A DNA stretch of 56,396 bases, taken from the NCBI GenBank assembly GCA_041571435.1, contig JBFFUI010000010.1:1-56396 (forward strand), read 5' to 3'. The DNA comes from Sulfurimonadaceae bacterium (GTDB lineage: Bacteria; Campylobacterota; Campylobacteria; Campylobacterales; Sulfurimonadaceae). This document shows, piece after piece, positions 31,378 through 41,504 of this stretch (positions are counted from its first letter, which is position 1; the number at the start of each line of letters is the position of its first letter). The notes under the pieces are model-generated. The model saw only the letters and a list, made by a program, of their open reading frames with translations, was not told the origin of the DNA and searched no databases. A program made the position numbers and the translations under genes.

Positions 31378-31928
31378 TACTGCTTCTCAGTATTGAAAAG
31401 TTTGCTGAAATGGTAGAGGTACTCCAGACCGGAGTAGACGGTCAAGGCCGTCGCGAACCAAAGCAGGGCGTTGGCAAACGGCCAGTGCATCAGTAAAAAA
31501 CCGATCGCGAACATCTGTGCAACGGTCTTGACCTTGCCCGACCAGGAGGCAGAGACATCAATCCCCTCCTGTACAGCGATAGTACGAAGGCCCGTGATAA
31601 AAAGTTCACGGACAATAATGATATAGATGGCCCAGACAGAAGCATCGCCCATCACCATCAGACCCAAAAAGGCTGCCATCACAAGCATCTTGTCGGCTAG
31701 CGGGTCGATGATAGCGCCAAGTTTTGTCTTTTGGTCAAGTTCACGAGCGATAAAGCCGTCAAAATAGTCTGTCAGACTGGCAATGACAAACAGCAGTGAA
31801 GAGAAGTAGTAACTCCATGTAATGTCATAACCGTTCTCTGTAAAGAGCTCGGGTGTCAGAATGATCCAGAACATCAAAGGAGCGACTGCAAGGCGAATAA
31901 GGGCTAGTATGTTAGGCAGGTTCATCAT
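31377..31928 (-). CDS. pgsA: CDP-diacylglycerol--glycerol-3-phosphate 3-phosphatidyltransferase
   Basis: NLPNIL and the CDP-alcohol motif TDYFDGFIAR...LGAIIDPLADK. Confidence 0.95.
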   Translation of the reverse strand: MMNLPNILALIRLAVAPLMFWIILTPELFTENGYDITWSYYFSSLLFVIASLTDYFDGFIARELDQKTKLGAIIDPLADKMLVMAAFLGLMVMGDASVWAIYIIIVRELFITGLRTIAVQEGIDVSASWSGKVKTVAQMFAIGFLLMHWPFANALLWFATALTVYSGLEYLYHFSKLFNTEKQ

Positions 31929-31961
31929 GAGATGTACTCCTTGAAATAGTTGTTTAAAATA

Positions 31962-32024
31962 CAGATCAAAACAAACAACATTTACTTTGATCTGCAGTTT
32001 GACAAGAGGAAAAACTCCTCTTGT
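31962..32024 (-). terminator. Two tandem hairpins between the SDR gene and pgsA
   Basis: ACAAGAGGA/TCCTCTTGT (32002-32024) and CAGATCAAA/TTTGATCTG (31962-31994), both perfect 9-bp stems. Confidence 0.5.
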
Positions 32025-32030
32025 GATTGT

Positions 32031-32801
32031 TTATGATGTAAAGGTTGTACCGCCGTCAACGATGATTGTCTGACCGGTCATCCAAGAGGCGCCCTCATCA
32101 CACAAAAAGAGGCAGGCACCTGTCAGGTCTTCAGCCTCACCCATACGGCTCAACGGCGAACGTTTTGAGACCTCTTCCTTAACCTCTTCGTAGTTCGGGA
32201 ACGCTTTTAGCGCATCCGTGTCGATTGGACCGCCGCTTACGGCATTGACACGAATACCCATAGAGCCAAGTTCCGCAGCTGCATACTTGACCATTGTCTC
32301 GACTGCCGCTTTGTTGGTACCGTGTCCCGCATAGTTCGGTGTATAGACAAGGTTACCTGTCGAGCTCATGGAGATGATCGAACCGCCGCCTGTCTGCTCC
32401 ATACGTCTTGCCGCTTCCTGCGCACCGACAACAAAGGCATCAACTGTTGCCGTCCAGATGTTGTCAAGCCCTTTCGGTTTTAGACGCATAAACGGTCCGA
32501 ATCCACCGACAACCGCACGGCCGGAGATGATAGCGTTTGAGATAAAGTAGTCAAGACGGTCAAAATCCGCATCAAACTCTTTATAGACATCTTTGTATGT
32601 CAACGGCTCCAAAATGTTTAGCTTGTAGGCACGGCACTTGACACCGTACTTTGATTCGACGTCAGCAATGATCTCGTTGGCAGCGTCTGCACTTGAAGCA
32701 TATGTAAAAGCAACATCAGCCCCTTTTTTTGCGAAAGCATAGACGATCGCTTTACCGATTCCGCGTGTTCCACCGCTTATAAATAGAGTTTTTCCTTGCA
32801 T
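32031..32801 (-). CDS. SDR family oxidoreductase (enoyl-ACP reductase FabL / 7-alpha-HSDH-like)
   Basis: SGGTRGIG, YAGHGTNKAA, RVNAVSGGPIDTDAL and TGQTIIVDGG. Sits next to dapA as in other Campylobacterota. Confidence 0.88.
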   Translation of the reverse strand: MQGKTLFISGGTRGIGKAIVYAFAKKGADVAFTYASSADAANEIIADVESKYGVKCRAYKLNILEPLTYKDVYKEFDADFDRLDYFISNAIISGRAVVGGFGPFMRLKPKGLDNIWTATVDAFVVGAQEAARRMEQTGGGSIISMSSTGNLVYTPNYAGHGTNKAAVETMVKYAAAELGSMGIRVNAVSGGPIDTDALKAFPNYEEVKEEVSKRSPLSRMGEAEDLTGACLFLCDEGASWMTGQTIIVDGGTTFTS

Positions 32802-33697
32802 TAGTTCATTCCTTTTATGTTGTAGTTTTTCATTACTTCTTCGATCTTCTTCATGTTCTCGGCACTTGGCTGTACCAGTGGCAGTCTGTACTCGAGTGTC
32901 TCGATAAGACCGGCAATGTACATCGCCGCTTTGACCGGAATAGGGTTTGCCTCGCAGAACATGACACTGTTGATAGGGTAGAGCATGTCATTAAGTTTTT
33001 TTGCACCCATGAAGTCACCGGTCATAGCTTTATGCACAAGCTCGCTTTTTAGATCAGGCAGAAGGTTGGCCGTTACTGAGGTGATCCCTTTGCCACCGTT
33101 GGCGAGAATAGGGTAGTCAATAGCATCGTCACCACTGAAAACGGCAAGCTCGGGACGGCGCGAGAGCAGCTCGACGGTCCGTTCAAGACTTCCTGTCGCC
33201 TCTTTGACACCGTAGATATTGGCACAGTCGTCGAAGAGGCGGATCGTGGTGTCTGCACTGATGTCGACACCGGTACGGCCCGGTACGTTATAGAGCATGA
33301 AGGGAAGATCGGCAACGGCATCTGCGATCGATTTGTAGTGCTGGTAGAGACCCTCTTGTGACGGTTTGTTGTAGTACGGGCTTACAGAGAAGATGGCGTC
33401 AACACCACTTTTTTGGGCATGTTTGGCGATCTCGATCGCCTCTGCTGTTGCATTGGAACCGGCACCGGCCAGGACTTTGGCCGTTGTCCCTTTACAGACC
33501 TCTACCGCGATCTCGATACAGCGTTTATGCTCGTCATGTGTCAATGTCGCACTTTCACCTGTCGTACCGACCGGGCAGACAGCGTCGATGCCGTTGGCGA
33601 TCTGACGTTCTATCAGTTTTGCATAGGTCGCTTCATCGAGTTGTCCATTTTTAAACGGCGTGATAAGTGCTGTTGTCGCACCTGTAACAATATCCAT
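32801..33697 (-). CDS. dapA: 4-hydroxy-tetrahydrodipicolinate synthase
   Basis: TALITPF, GTTGES, PYYNKP, LYNVPGRT, GVKEATG and NPIPVK. Start placed at MDIVTG (33697), not the 33925 given by the ORF track. Confidence 0.97.
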   Translation of the reverse strand: MDIVTGATTALITPFKNGQLDEATYAKLIERQIANGIDAVCPVGTTGESATLTHDEHKRCIEIAVEVCKGTTAKVLAGAGSNATAEAIEIAKHAQKSGVDAIFSVSPYYNKPSQEGLYQHYKSIADAVADLPFMLYNVPGRTGVDISADTTIRLFDDCANIYGVKEATGSLERTVELLSRRPELAVFSGDDAIDYPILANGGKGITSVTANLLPDLKSELVHKAMTGDFMGAKKLNDMLYPINSVMFCEANPIPVKAAMYIAGLIETLEYRLPLVQPSAENMKKIEEVMKNYNIKGMN

Positions 33698-33698
33698 A

Positions 33699-34997
33699 CT
33701 ATTCACCTTTTCGTAAAATAATTGTAGTTGACTGGCTAAAGTCAAAATATTTGTTTGCTGCTGTTTTGATGTCGGCAGCGTTAAGTTTGTTGATCGCCTC
33801 TTCATAAGCGAGAAGCGGTTTAATCGAACCGCGGGCCAGGTAACCGCCAAAGAGGTTGGCGACTTCCGACGAACTGTCCAGTGAGAAGATAAAGTCCGCT
33901 TTAGTACTGATCTTGACCTTCTCAAGCTCCTCTTTCGTCACGTCTTCTTTTTTGATACGCTCGATCTGCGTAATAAGCTCTTTTTCGACCTCTTCAGCTT
34001 TGACACCGGGATTACACGAGGCAAGGAAGATGAAGAGTCCCGCATCGATGTTCTCCATGTTGTAGGCGTAGATCTGGTTGACCAATTGTCTGTTGTCGAC
34101 TAGCTCTTCATAAAGACGCGAGCTTTTGCCCGCACTCAGCATCTCGGAGATAGCCGAGAGCTTCGGCTGATCAGGGTCCATAAAGTCGGGAATACGGAAC
34201 GTGATGGCGACCATCTCAACTTCGCTCTCTTTGTAGATCACCGCGCGTTTTGGACCGTCTTGTTTCGGTTCCACAAACTTGACCTGCTCTATTGCTGTGG
34301 TGTTCTTGATATGAGCGAACTCTTTTTCAACCTTTGCAAAGGCCTTCTCAGGCTCGATATCACCCGTCACGATGATGATGGCGTTTTGCGGCTGGTAGTA
34401 GGTCTTGTGGAAGGTGCGGATGTCCTCTAGCGTCCAGGTCCGGATGTCGTTAATGAACCCAATCGGTGTCCAGTGGTACGGATGGTAGATGTAAGCGTTA
34501 TTGAACATTCTGAAGTAGAGGTAACCCAGCGGGCTGTTGTCTGTTCTCCAGCGGCGCTCTTCCGTTACGACATCACGTTCAGGCTGGAACTCTTCGTCTT
34601 TGAGTTTCAGGTTCTGCATAAGCTCAGCAAAAAGCGACAGTGATTTGCTCAGGTTCTCCGTACTCGATTTGATGAAGTAGTGGGTGTAGTCAAAGCCGGT
34701 CGAGGCGTTGCTGAGCCCGCCGATGCTTTTGACCTCTTCGTCAAACTGCCCCGCTTTGAGGTTCTCCGAGGATTTGAAGTTCATATGCTCAAGCATATGT
34801 GCGATACCTGTTTTGCCCATGACTTCGTTGCGGCTTCCAACTTTGTAGAAGATATCTGTCGAGATGACCTGGGTCTCGTTGTGCATTGGGATTACAACGA
34901 TCTCAAGGCCGTTCTCCAGCGTCTTGGTCTCATATTTTGGTAAGCTTGATGCCATCAAGGCTCCTGTTATTAGAAATAGTAGTATAGCGATCTTCAT
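33699..34997 (-). CDS. M16 family zinc peptidase (PqqL/PqqE-like, secreted)
   Basis: Signal peptide, GIAHMLEHMNF (HxxEH), NASTGFDYTHY and VTEERRWR. Confidence 0.93.
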   Translation of the reverse strand: MKIAILLFLITGALMASSLPKYETKTLENGLEIVVIPMHNETQVISTDIFYKVGSRNEVMGKTGIAHMLEHMNFKSSENLKAGQFDEEVKSIGGLSNASTGFDYTHYFIKSSTENLSKSLSLFAELMQNLKLKDEEFQPERDVVTEERRWRTDNSPLGYLYFRMFNNAYIYHPYHWTPIGFINDIRTWTLEDIRTFHKTYYQPQNAIIIVTGDIEPEKAFAKVEKEFAHIKNTTAIEQVKFVEPKQDGPKRAVIYKESEVEMVAITFRIPDFMDPDQPKLSAISEMLSAGKSSRLYEELVDNRQLVNQIYAYNMENIDAGLFIFLASCNPGVKAEEVEKELITQIERIKKEDVTKEELEKVKISTKADFIFSLDSSSEVANLFGGYLARGSIKPLLAYEEAINKLNAADIKTAANKYFDFSQSTTIILRKGE

Positions 34998-34998
34998 A

Positions 34999-36054
34999 CT
35001 AGCGGGCTGAACCTATCGCTTCGGTGATTGAGCTGTAGCCGTCGGCTTTGATAAGCTCGATCAGTCCGGTGTTGATCTCTTTAATGAGCTCCGGCCCTTC
35101 AAAGATAAGCCCTGAGAAGACCTGAACCAGTGATGCACCCGCTTTGATACGGCGGTAGGCATCTTCTGCCGTCGAGATGCCCCCGACAGAGACCAGTGTC
35201 GTCTTGCCGTAGAGCTCTTTGGCAACCGCATCGAAGATCTCGAAACTTCTGTCAGAGAGTATAGCACCGCTCAGTCCGCCGATCGATTCCGGGTTTTTGA
35301 TCAAAGAGTAGTTTATGGTTGTGTTGGTCGCGATGATGCCATCGGCACCTTTTTCAACCGCCATTGACGTCAGGTCGACAGCCTGTGCGATCTCCATGTC
35401 CGGTGCGATCTTAAGCAGGATTGGCTTCTCGGTCAGTGCTTTTGCCTCATCGAAGAGCTGGGTGATGAAGGCTTCGTTCTGCAGGTCGCGAAGTCCCGGC
35501 GTATTCGGAGAGGAGATATTGATGACCAGGTAGTCACCGAGCGTGTGCAGCGCTTTGATAAGTGTTGTGTAGTCGCTGATGGCGTCCTCTTCACTGGTCG
35601 TTTTGTTCTTGCCGATATTGACACCGATAGGGGTAGTAAATGGGTAACGCTCTTCCAGGCGCGCCTGAACTCGCATCATGCCGTCGTTGTTGAAGCCCAT
35701 CGCATTTTGAAGGGTCTTCTCTTCGATGTGACGCCACATACGCGGTTTTGGATTGCCCGGTTGAGGCTTAGGCGTGACGGTACCGATCTCGGTAAAGCCG
35801 AACCCCATCGCCTGCATGCCGCGGATCATTGTTGCGTTTTTGTCAAATCCGGCGCCAAGACCGACAGGGTTTAAAAAAGTGCGGCCAAAAAGTTCCTGCT
35901 CCAGCACGGGATCGGTCACAAAATGTTTGCTGGTCCAGTAGTTAAACGCAGAAGGGCATACGTTGGCAAGACGGAGAAAGGACTCAGCCATGTGGTGAGC
36001 TGTCTCCGGTTCGAGTTTGAATAGCCACGGTTTAATGCTGTCGTATGCGATCAT
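34999..36054 (-). CDS. pyrD: Quinone-dependent dihydroorotate dehydrogenase (class 2)
   Basis: PETAH, GAGFDKNA, GTVTPKPQPGNPKPR, NISSPNTPGLRDLQ and GGLSG. Confidence 0.98.
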   Translation of the reverse strand: MIAYDSIKPWLFKLEPETAHHMAESFLRLANVCPSAFNYWTSKHFVTDPVLEQELFGRTFLNPVGLGAGFDKNATMIRGMQAMGFGFTEIGTVTPKPQPGNPKPRMWRHIEEKTLQNAMGFNNDGMMRVQARLEERYPFTTPIGVNIGKNKTTSEEDAISDYTTLIKALHTLGDYLVINISSPNTPGLRDLQNEAFITQLFDEAKALTEKPILLKIAPDMEIAQAVDLTSMAVEKGADGIIATNTTINYSLIKNPESIGGLSGAILSDRSFEIFDAVAKELYGKTTLVSVGGISTAEDAYRRIKAGASLVQVFSGLIFEGPELIKEINTGLIELIKADGYSSITEAIGSAR

Positions 36055-36184
36055 TTATCTGCCTTCTCTTCGCCTATAATTTGTGCGATTATACTGAAAC
36101 TAGAGTAAATGTTTTGTTAGTGGAGCGGTGAGGGCGTTTTTAAGTAGGGTATTGGATTGGTATTATGGATTTTATATAAATGTG

Positions 36185-36220
36185 AAAATACCATCCGCCA
36201 GGCAAACCGAGAGACGGATG
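36185..36220 (-). terminator. Possible terminator for the 36259-36765 gene
   Basis: CATCCG...CGGATG stem followed by GTATTTT on the minus strand. Confidence 0.4.
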
Positions 36221-36258
36221 CTATGGCAAAATAGGTGTTCTACGGTCGAGAAAGAGGA

Positions 36259-36765
36259 CTAACTCATTTTGAGTGCGCAGGCCTCTTCATAGCTCTTTTG
36301 CGGAACATAGAAGGTACTACCCTTAAGCCCGTCGAAAAGGGTGTCAAGTTTTGTCGGTGCATCCATGCGTTTTAGTTCGCGTTTGTCCAGATCGGCATGG
36401 GAGAGGAGTTCATTCCATACGGTGCTTTCATCCAGCGAATAGGCGTAAATGTTCATGCCTTTGTAGGCAAAAAGTGCATCGCTCATGAGGTTGTTTATAA
36501 AGAGCATGATGAGGGTGTCGTGGGTAAGGTGGTTTGCATAACGTTCAAATGCCGTTTCGAAGTCATCAAAGTCATCAAGTTCTGCGGCAAAGAAGAGCAT
36601 TGTGTCATCATCGGAAATGACAATGGCATTCTTGAGCAAAGCACTACCTTCGGTGATGACAAGATCTCCACGATAGCCGTAGTGTCCGGCGGTGCCTAAA
36701 GCATCATTAAATGCTGGTTTTGACTGAAGTGCGTTTTCATAGATAGATTCGATTGGTGTTCCCAT
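36259..36765 (-). CDS. Hypothetical cytoplasmic acidic protein (168 aa)
   Basis: Clean ORF with SD AAGGA and protein-like composition. No family recognised. Confidence 0.75.
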   Translation of the reverse strand: MGTPIESIYENALQSKPAFNDALGTAGHYGYRGDLVITEGSALLKNAIVISDDDTMLFFAAELDDFDDFETAFERYANHLTHDTLIMLFINNLMSDALFAYKGMNIYAYSLDESTVWNELLSHADLDKRELKRMDAPTKLDTLFDGLKGSTFYVPQKSYEEACALKMS

Positions 36766-36964
36766 GTGGAATTCCTTGGTGTAACAATATGTCCGTTTAA
36801 GTTGAGTTCGAGCACTGTGGAGAGCGAGAGTAGGCTGTTGCGCTTAAATGAATACCTGACCCAATGCATTTAGCATACCTGCTTTTGCGACATTTGTGTT
36901 GTAAAACAGAGTTGTTCGGTCAGTTTGCTGACATTGGCTCATCATTTGTCTGCCAAATACCTGG

Positions 36965-39916
36965 TTACAGCTGACCACCATCGCTAATTGTCCAGCCGAA
37001 ATTATCGATAATGCTTTGTCGTGCGGTGGCCGCTGCACCTGCACTGTACTGACTGTTTCCTCCATTGAAATAGACTCCAGATTGCAGCGTCTGTGCTCCC
37101 CAGCCGATTAAGAGGGCATTGTAGTTTGTTGTAGATAATGTTACACCACTAAACATCGAGCCCATAGATTTAACATTACTGACATCCCAAGCACCGATAT
37201 TTTGGTTGAAAGATGCTGCATCGTTAAACATTGAATACGTATCTGTAACGCTACCAACATTCCAGCCCCCAATATCTTGGTTGAAAGCTAAAGTATTAGC
37301 AAACATCCCACTCATATCTGCAACGTTGCTGACATTCCAGCCACCAATATCTTTATTGAAAGTATATGCATAACGAAACATCCCATTCATATCTGTCACA
37401 CCGCTGACATCCCAGCTACCAATATCCTGGTTAAAAGCTAATGTTCCATAAAACATGGAGCTCATATCTGTAACGCCGCTTACAACCCAGCTGTCGATAT
37501 TCTGGTTGAATGCGGATGCACTGTAAAACATCGAGCTCATATTCACAACACTGCTGACATTCCAGCTGCCGATATTCTGGTTGAAATCGTAGGCACGTTC
37601 AAACATCGAACTCATATCTGTCACGCTGCTGACATCCCAACTGCCGATATTTTGGTTAAAATCATATGCACTTGCAAACATATTTCGCATATTTGTAACG
37701 CTGCTGACATCCCAATTGCTTATGTTCTGGTTGAAATCGTAGGCACGTTCAAACATCGAACTCATATCTGTCACGCTACTGACATTCCAGCTACCGATAT
37801 CCTGGTTGAATACGGATGCTCCATCAAACATCGAACGCATATTTGTAACGCTACTCACATCCCAATTGCTTATGTTCTGGTTAAAGACAGATGCATAAGT
37901 GAACATGCTACTCATATTTGTTACGCCACTGACATCCCAGCTGCCGATATCCTGATTAAAATCAGATGCAGAATCAAACATACCTCGCATATCTGTAACA
38001 CTACTGACATCCCAATTACTGATATTTTGGTTAAATGTAAATGCATTGTAAAACATTGCACTCATATCTGTCACATTACTGACATCCCAACCACCTATAT
38101 CCTGATTAAAATTAGATGTATAAGCGAACATTCTTTCCATATCTTTAACGTTGCTGACATTCCAGCTGCCGATATTCTGGTTGAATGCGGATGCACTTGC
38201 AAACATCGAACTCATACTTGTAACGCTGCTGACATCCCAGCTCCCAATGTCCTGGTTGAAATTAGATGCATAAGTAAACATTCTTTCCATATCAATAACG
38301 CTGCTGACATCCCAGCTGCCGATGCCCTGATCGAAGGCACGCGCTTGAAAAAACATACTTCCCATATCTGTAACACTGGTGAGATTCCAGCTGTCGATAT
38401 TCTGGTTGAATGAGTATGCATTAGCAAACATCGAACTCATATCTGTAACGTTAGTGACATTCCAGTTGCCAATATCCTGGTTGAATGTGGATGCACTTGC
38501 AAACATCGAACGCATATTTTTAACGCCACTGACATTCCAATTGCCGATATTTTGGTTGAAGGCAGATACTCCGTAAAACATGTTCCCCATATCTATCACG
38601 CTACTGACATCCCAGCCGCTGATATCCTGGTTGAAGGCAGAGGCATACGCGAACATTGCATACATACTTGTTACACCGGAGAGGTCAGGAGCGTCTGTAG
38701 CATTGAATATCAGACCGGAACAGCCTGAAAATGCGTTTGCCATTGAGAGCCATGTTCCCGGGCCCCATTGATCGACGGAGACAAGCTTCCTTTTGTCCTT
38801 TTCATTGTTAAAGTAGATTCGTGGGAAATAACCTTCGATACTTATGGTGTAGGTGCCTGCGGCAGAATAATCACAGGTATAGTTGCCCGTCTGCCCGGTT
38901 GCTTCAAAGGTGCCGTCGTTCTCACAGTCTACACTATAGTTGTATCCCGTACCTGTCGTCGGTATCTCAAATTGTGTGTCAGATGATGTGCCGAAATTAT
39001 CGGTTTTGACGGTCATGACAAATTGACCTGGCTTTATAGTATCTACGATGCCAATACCGACTATCGCCTGTGCTGAATCTATGGTACCGTCGTTGACCTT
39101 GAAGCTGAAACTGTCACTGCCGGTGTAGCCGGCTTCGGGGGTATAGGTGAGGTTTGGTGCCGTACCGCTCAGTGTTCCGTGCACCGGCTGCGTTATGAGC
39201 AGATAGCTTAGGGACCCTTCATCGGGATCACTACCATGCAGCGAAATACTTAGATTGGTGTCTAGCGTTGTTAAAAGACTTTGGGACTCTGCCACCGGAA
39301 TAAAATTGGGTGTGACAACATACAAATCATACATCCTAAGACCACCCGAATAGGAGATAATATATGATTCGACTATACCAGTGCCTATCTGAAAAAATGT
39401 CTCCTTGAATGTTAACCCGATGGGTCCGACCTGTGCTGAGATTTTTACACAATCGGTAAAGCCAGAGCTGCTGGTTTTAAAGGTGTAGTCAGACTGATTC
39501 GCCGAGACAAATTGTACAGGTGGGTTTGACAGATTGTTGTCTGCTGTGATGATATAGAGGGCTCCATCGGTAGCCATTGCATATACTGCAGTCTCCGACT
39601 CTCCGCTGGGCCAGTCTTCTTGAAACCATTGTATGCCCGGCACGCCGTTTATGGTAACAGTCGAGAGTGAATAGGTTCTCCTCATGTCTGTAGATGGTGC
39701 AATCATTTTTATAGTGCCATCTGTCGGAAGCTGTAACCAATGCTGAGATAGCTCAGCACTCTTATTTATGTCAAAGTCTATACCTCCGATAGTGACAATC
39801 TCCGGGTTTAAAATGGGGATAATATCAGTACTTGAAGAGCTACCCCCACTATTAGTACACCCTGCCATAAAGAGCAGTATGATCGTTAACAATAAACTTG
39901 TATAAAATGATTTCAT
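36965..39916 (-). CDS. Surface lipoprotein with Ig-like domain and DUF285/BspA-type repeats
   Basis: Lipobox FMAGC, an Ig/cadherin-like module ([17 protein letters not shown]...[11 protein letters not shown]), a PKD-like segment, then 25-aa FNQxIxxWxVSxVxxMxxMF repeats. Confidence 0.92.
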   Translation of the reverse strand: MKSFYTSLLLTIILLFMAGCTNSGGSSSSTDIIPILNPEIVTIGGIDFDINKSAELSQHWLQLPTDGTIKMIAPSTDMRRTYSLSTVTINGVPGIQWFQEDWPSGESETAVYAMATDGALYIITADNNLSNPPVQFVSANQSDYTFKTSSSGFTDCVKISAQVGPIGLTFKETFFQIGTGIVESYIISYSGGLRMYDLYVVTPNFIPVAESQSLLTTLDTNLSISLHGSDPDEGSLSYLLITQPVHGTLSGTAPNLTYTPEAGYTGSDSFSFKVNDGTIDSAQAIVGIGIVDTIKPGQFVMTVKTDNFGTSSDTQFEIPTTGTGYNYSVDCENDGTFEATGQTGNYTCDYSAAGTYTISIEGYFPRIYFNNEKDKRKLVSVDQWGPGTWLSMANAFSGCSGLIFNATDAPDLSGVTSMYAMFAYASAFNQDISGWDVSSVIDMGNMFYGVSAFNQNIGNWNVSGVKNMRSMFASASTFNQDIGNWNVTNVTDMSSMFANAYSFNQNIDSWNLTSVTDMGSMFFQARAFDQGIGSWDVSSVIDMERMFTYASNFNQDIGSWDVSSVTSMSSMFASASAFNQNIGSWNVSNVKDMERMFAYTSNFNQDIGGWDVSNVTDMSAMFYNAFTFNQNISNWDVSSVTDMRGMFDSASDFNQDIGSWDVSGVTNMSSMFTYASVFNQNISNWDVSSVTNMRSMFDGASVFNQDIGSWNVSSVTDMSSMFERAYDFNQNISNWDVSSVTNMRNMFASAYDFNQNIGSWDVSSVTDMSSMFERAYDFNQNIGSWNVSSVVNMSSMFYSASAFNQNIDSWVVSGVTDMSSMFYGTLAFNQDIGSWDVSGVTDMNGMFRYAYTFNKDIGGWNVSNVADMSGMFANTLAFNQDIGGWNVGSVTDTYSMFNDAASFNQNIGAWDVSNVKSMGSMFSGVTLSTTNYNALLIGWGAQTLQSGVYFNGGNSQYSAGAAATARQSIIDNFGWTISDGGQL
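37139..38635 (-). repeat. 20 tandem 75-bp coding repeats (DUF285-type)
   Basis: FNQ units start at 38635 and recur every 75 bp down to 37210. An identical 53-bp block lies at 37575-37627 and 37725-37777. Confidence 0.95.
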
Positions 39917-40207
39917 AAGACACTTTCGGTTTAATTATTTGAAGGTAGAGTATCATAAATAGGATTTAACAAAACTCGATTATATATATTATGTAAAATT
40001 TGCATGTAAATTATACCTTTAGGTTTGAACCTTCACTTTTTATCGTCTATCATGAAAAAGCATACGTTAGGTTGTAACTTTATCTTGAAGAGGAGATTGC
40101 CTTGTACGTTTAAATTCGGTCTGTATGAAACTATAACTAAGCCTAATCGATATAAAATAGATACAAAGATGACGATTGACGTCAAAACCCTACATAAAGA
40201 GAGCCCT

Positions 40208-40507
40208 ATGAAAAAGATCCTGATCGTGCTCAGTATTATGTTGCTTGCTCCTTTTACGGCGACAGTGTTGGCAGATAAAGTCATAAAAAGTGTCCCTAAA
40301 GTCCAAAATGCGAAAAAGTCGTTGGAGAGCAGAGTCAAGGCAACACAGGAGCGGGAGGCGCGCAAGCTCAAAAGAGAGAAAGAGCGTAAACTTGAACAAC
40401 AACGGTATGAGAAAGAGAAGGCAGAGCGAAAACGAAAAATAGATGCAGAGCGCAAGGCTGCCAAAAAACGTAAAACGGTTGAAAAAGCGGCCGCTAAAAA
40501 ACAGTAA
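40208..40507 (+). CDS. Secreted Lys/Glu/Arg-rich coiled-coil hypothetical protein (99 aa)
   Basis: Signal peptide MKKILIVLSIMLLAPFTATVLA followed by a highly charged helix. Start reassigned from 40025 to 40208. Confidence 0.7.
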   Translation: MKKILIVLSIMLLAPFTATVLADKVIKSVPKVQNAKKSLESRVKATQEREARKLKREKERKLEQQRYEKEKAERKRKIDAERKAAKKRKTVEKAAAKKQ

Positions 40508-40553
40508 AAAAGCACCAAGTGTGCAAAGAGAAGATCCGATCGTCTGGCGATGA

Positions 40554-41351
40554 TTATGACGCCGGTTCGGCGTCCAATAACCCCAATCCCAACGCTCTTA
40601 ATGCTTCAGTCTTATGAAAATGATAGGTCTTGAACTCTCTGGTCACCGGTTCTAAAAGCGTGATCTCTTTGGTGCAGCATTGCAGGAGTGTCCGGGTCTG
40701 GTTGTAGATGAGAAGCCTTACCGATTTTTCAAACATCTCCAGAACATTCATTGTCTTGAAAAAGTTGTCGGGCATGTCGCCGTTGAAAGCGTTTTTACCG
40801 AGTACGTCTACGGCCAATACCTTATTCAATGTCGCTTCGCCTAGACCCAGATTCTCGCATAGAAAACCATCACCGTAGATCTGGCCGCCTATCTTCTTCT
40901 CTTCAAAGATACCGGGTATTGCCATCGTAGCGAGCAGCGCGTCTTTTATGCAGACATCGTCAGCGGCGTCGAAGACCTTTTTATGTCCGTTTTTCAGGTT
41001 TGTGGCGATGAGTTTGAGGGGAATTTTAGTGTCATTCATCTTCCGATCGTTGAAGATCTGCTCAAAGATGGCGGCGATCTTCTCATTGTGGACAACGGCA
41101 TTGCCGGTAAAAGAGAACTTCAGCCAGTTGAAAATGCCGGAGAACTGTTCGATCTTCTCGTGTATCTCCTGCTCTTTCATCCCGATGGCAAGGCAGGCAC
41201 CGATGATACCGCCCATGCTGGTTCCTACGATCTCGCCGGGAACAAGGTGCTGTGCTTCAAGGTCGTGCAGCACGCCTAAATGGGCGATGCCCAAGGCGCC
41301 GCCACCAGAGAGGACCAAGGTGAAGTTTTCTGTCTTGAATGCTTTTGTCAT
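40554..41351 (-). CDS. Patatin-like phospholipase
   Basis: LSGGGALG oxyanion motif, GTSMG nucleophile and a DGF variant of DGG. Confidence 0.93.
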   Translation of the reverse strand: MTKAFKTENFTLVLSGGGALGIAHLGVLHDLEAQHLVPGEIVGTSMGGIIGACLAIGMKEQEIHEKIEQFSGIFNWLKFSFTGNAVVHNEKIAAIFEQIFNDRKMNDTKIPLKLIATNLKNGHKKVFDAADDVCIKDALLATMAIPGIFEEKKIGGQIYGDGFLCENLGLGEATLNKVLAVDVLGKNAFNGDMPDNFFKTMNVLEMFEKSVRLLIYNQTRTLLQCCTKEITLLEPVTREFKTYHFHKTEALRALGLGLLDAEPAS

Positions 41352-41504
41352 GCAAGCATTATATACTAAACACTGCAGGCAGGTCGGATTACATTGATGA
41401 CATTTAACTTTGGCCGCTATTTTTGTTCGTAACTATGCAAGAACTATATGTCTATAGGACTTTTCCTACATACATTGGAAAAATAAACTGATATCCTTTG
41501 CACT

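Noticed and set aside
33698-33925. N-terminal extensions in the ORF track (dapA, and similarly tolC, DJ-1, DPSL, MFS, HI0933, 40025 ORF)
   Set aside because: The extensions overlap neighbouring genes or promoters. Downstream ATGs fit SD or -10 spacing and the family N-termini.
36190-36230. c-di-GMP-I riboswitch (GGCAAACC...)
   Set aside because: No GNRA-capped P2, GACGCAAAG junction or P3. It is better explained as a minus-strand terminator.
37139-38635. Diversity-generating retroelement VR/TR pair or CRISPR array
   Set aside because: The repeats are in-frame protein repeats, differences are not adenine-specific, and no reverse transcriptase or cas gene is present.
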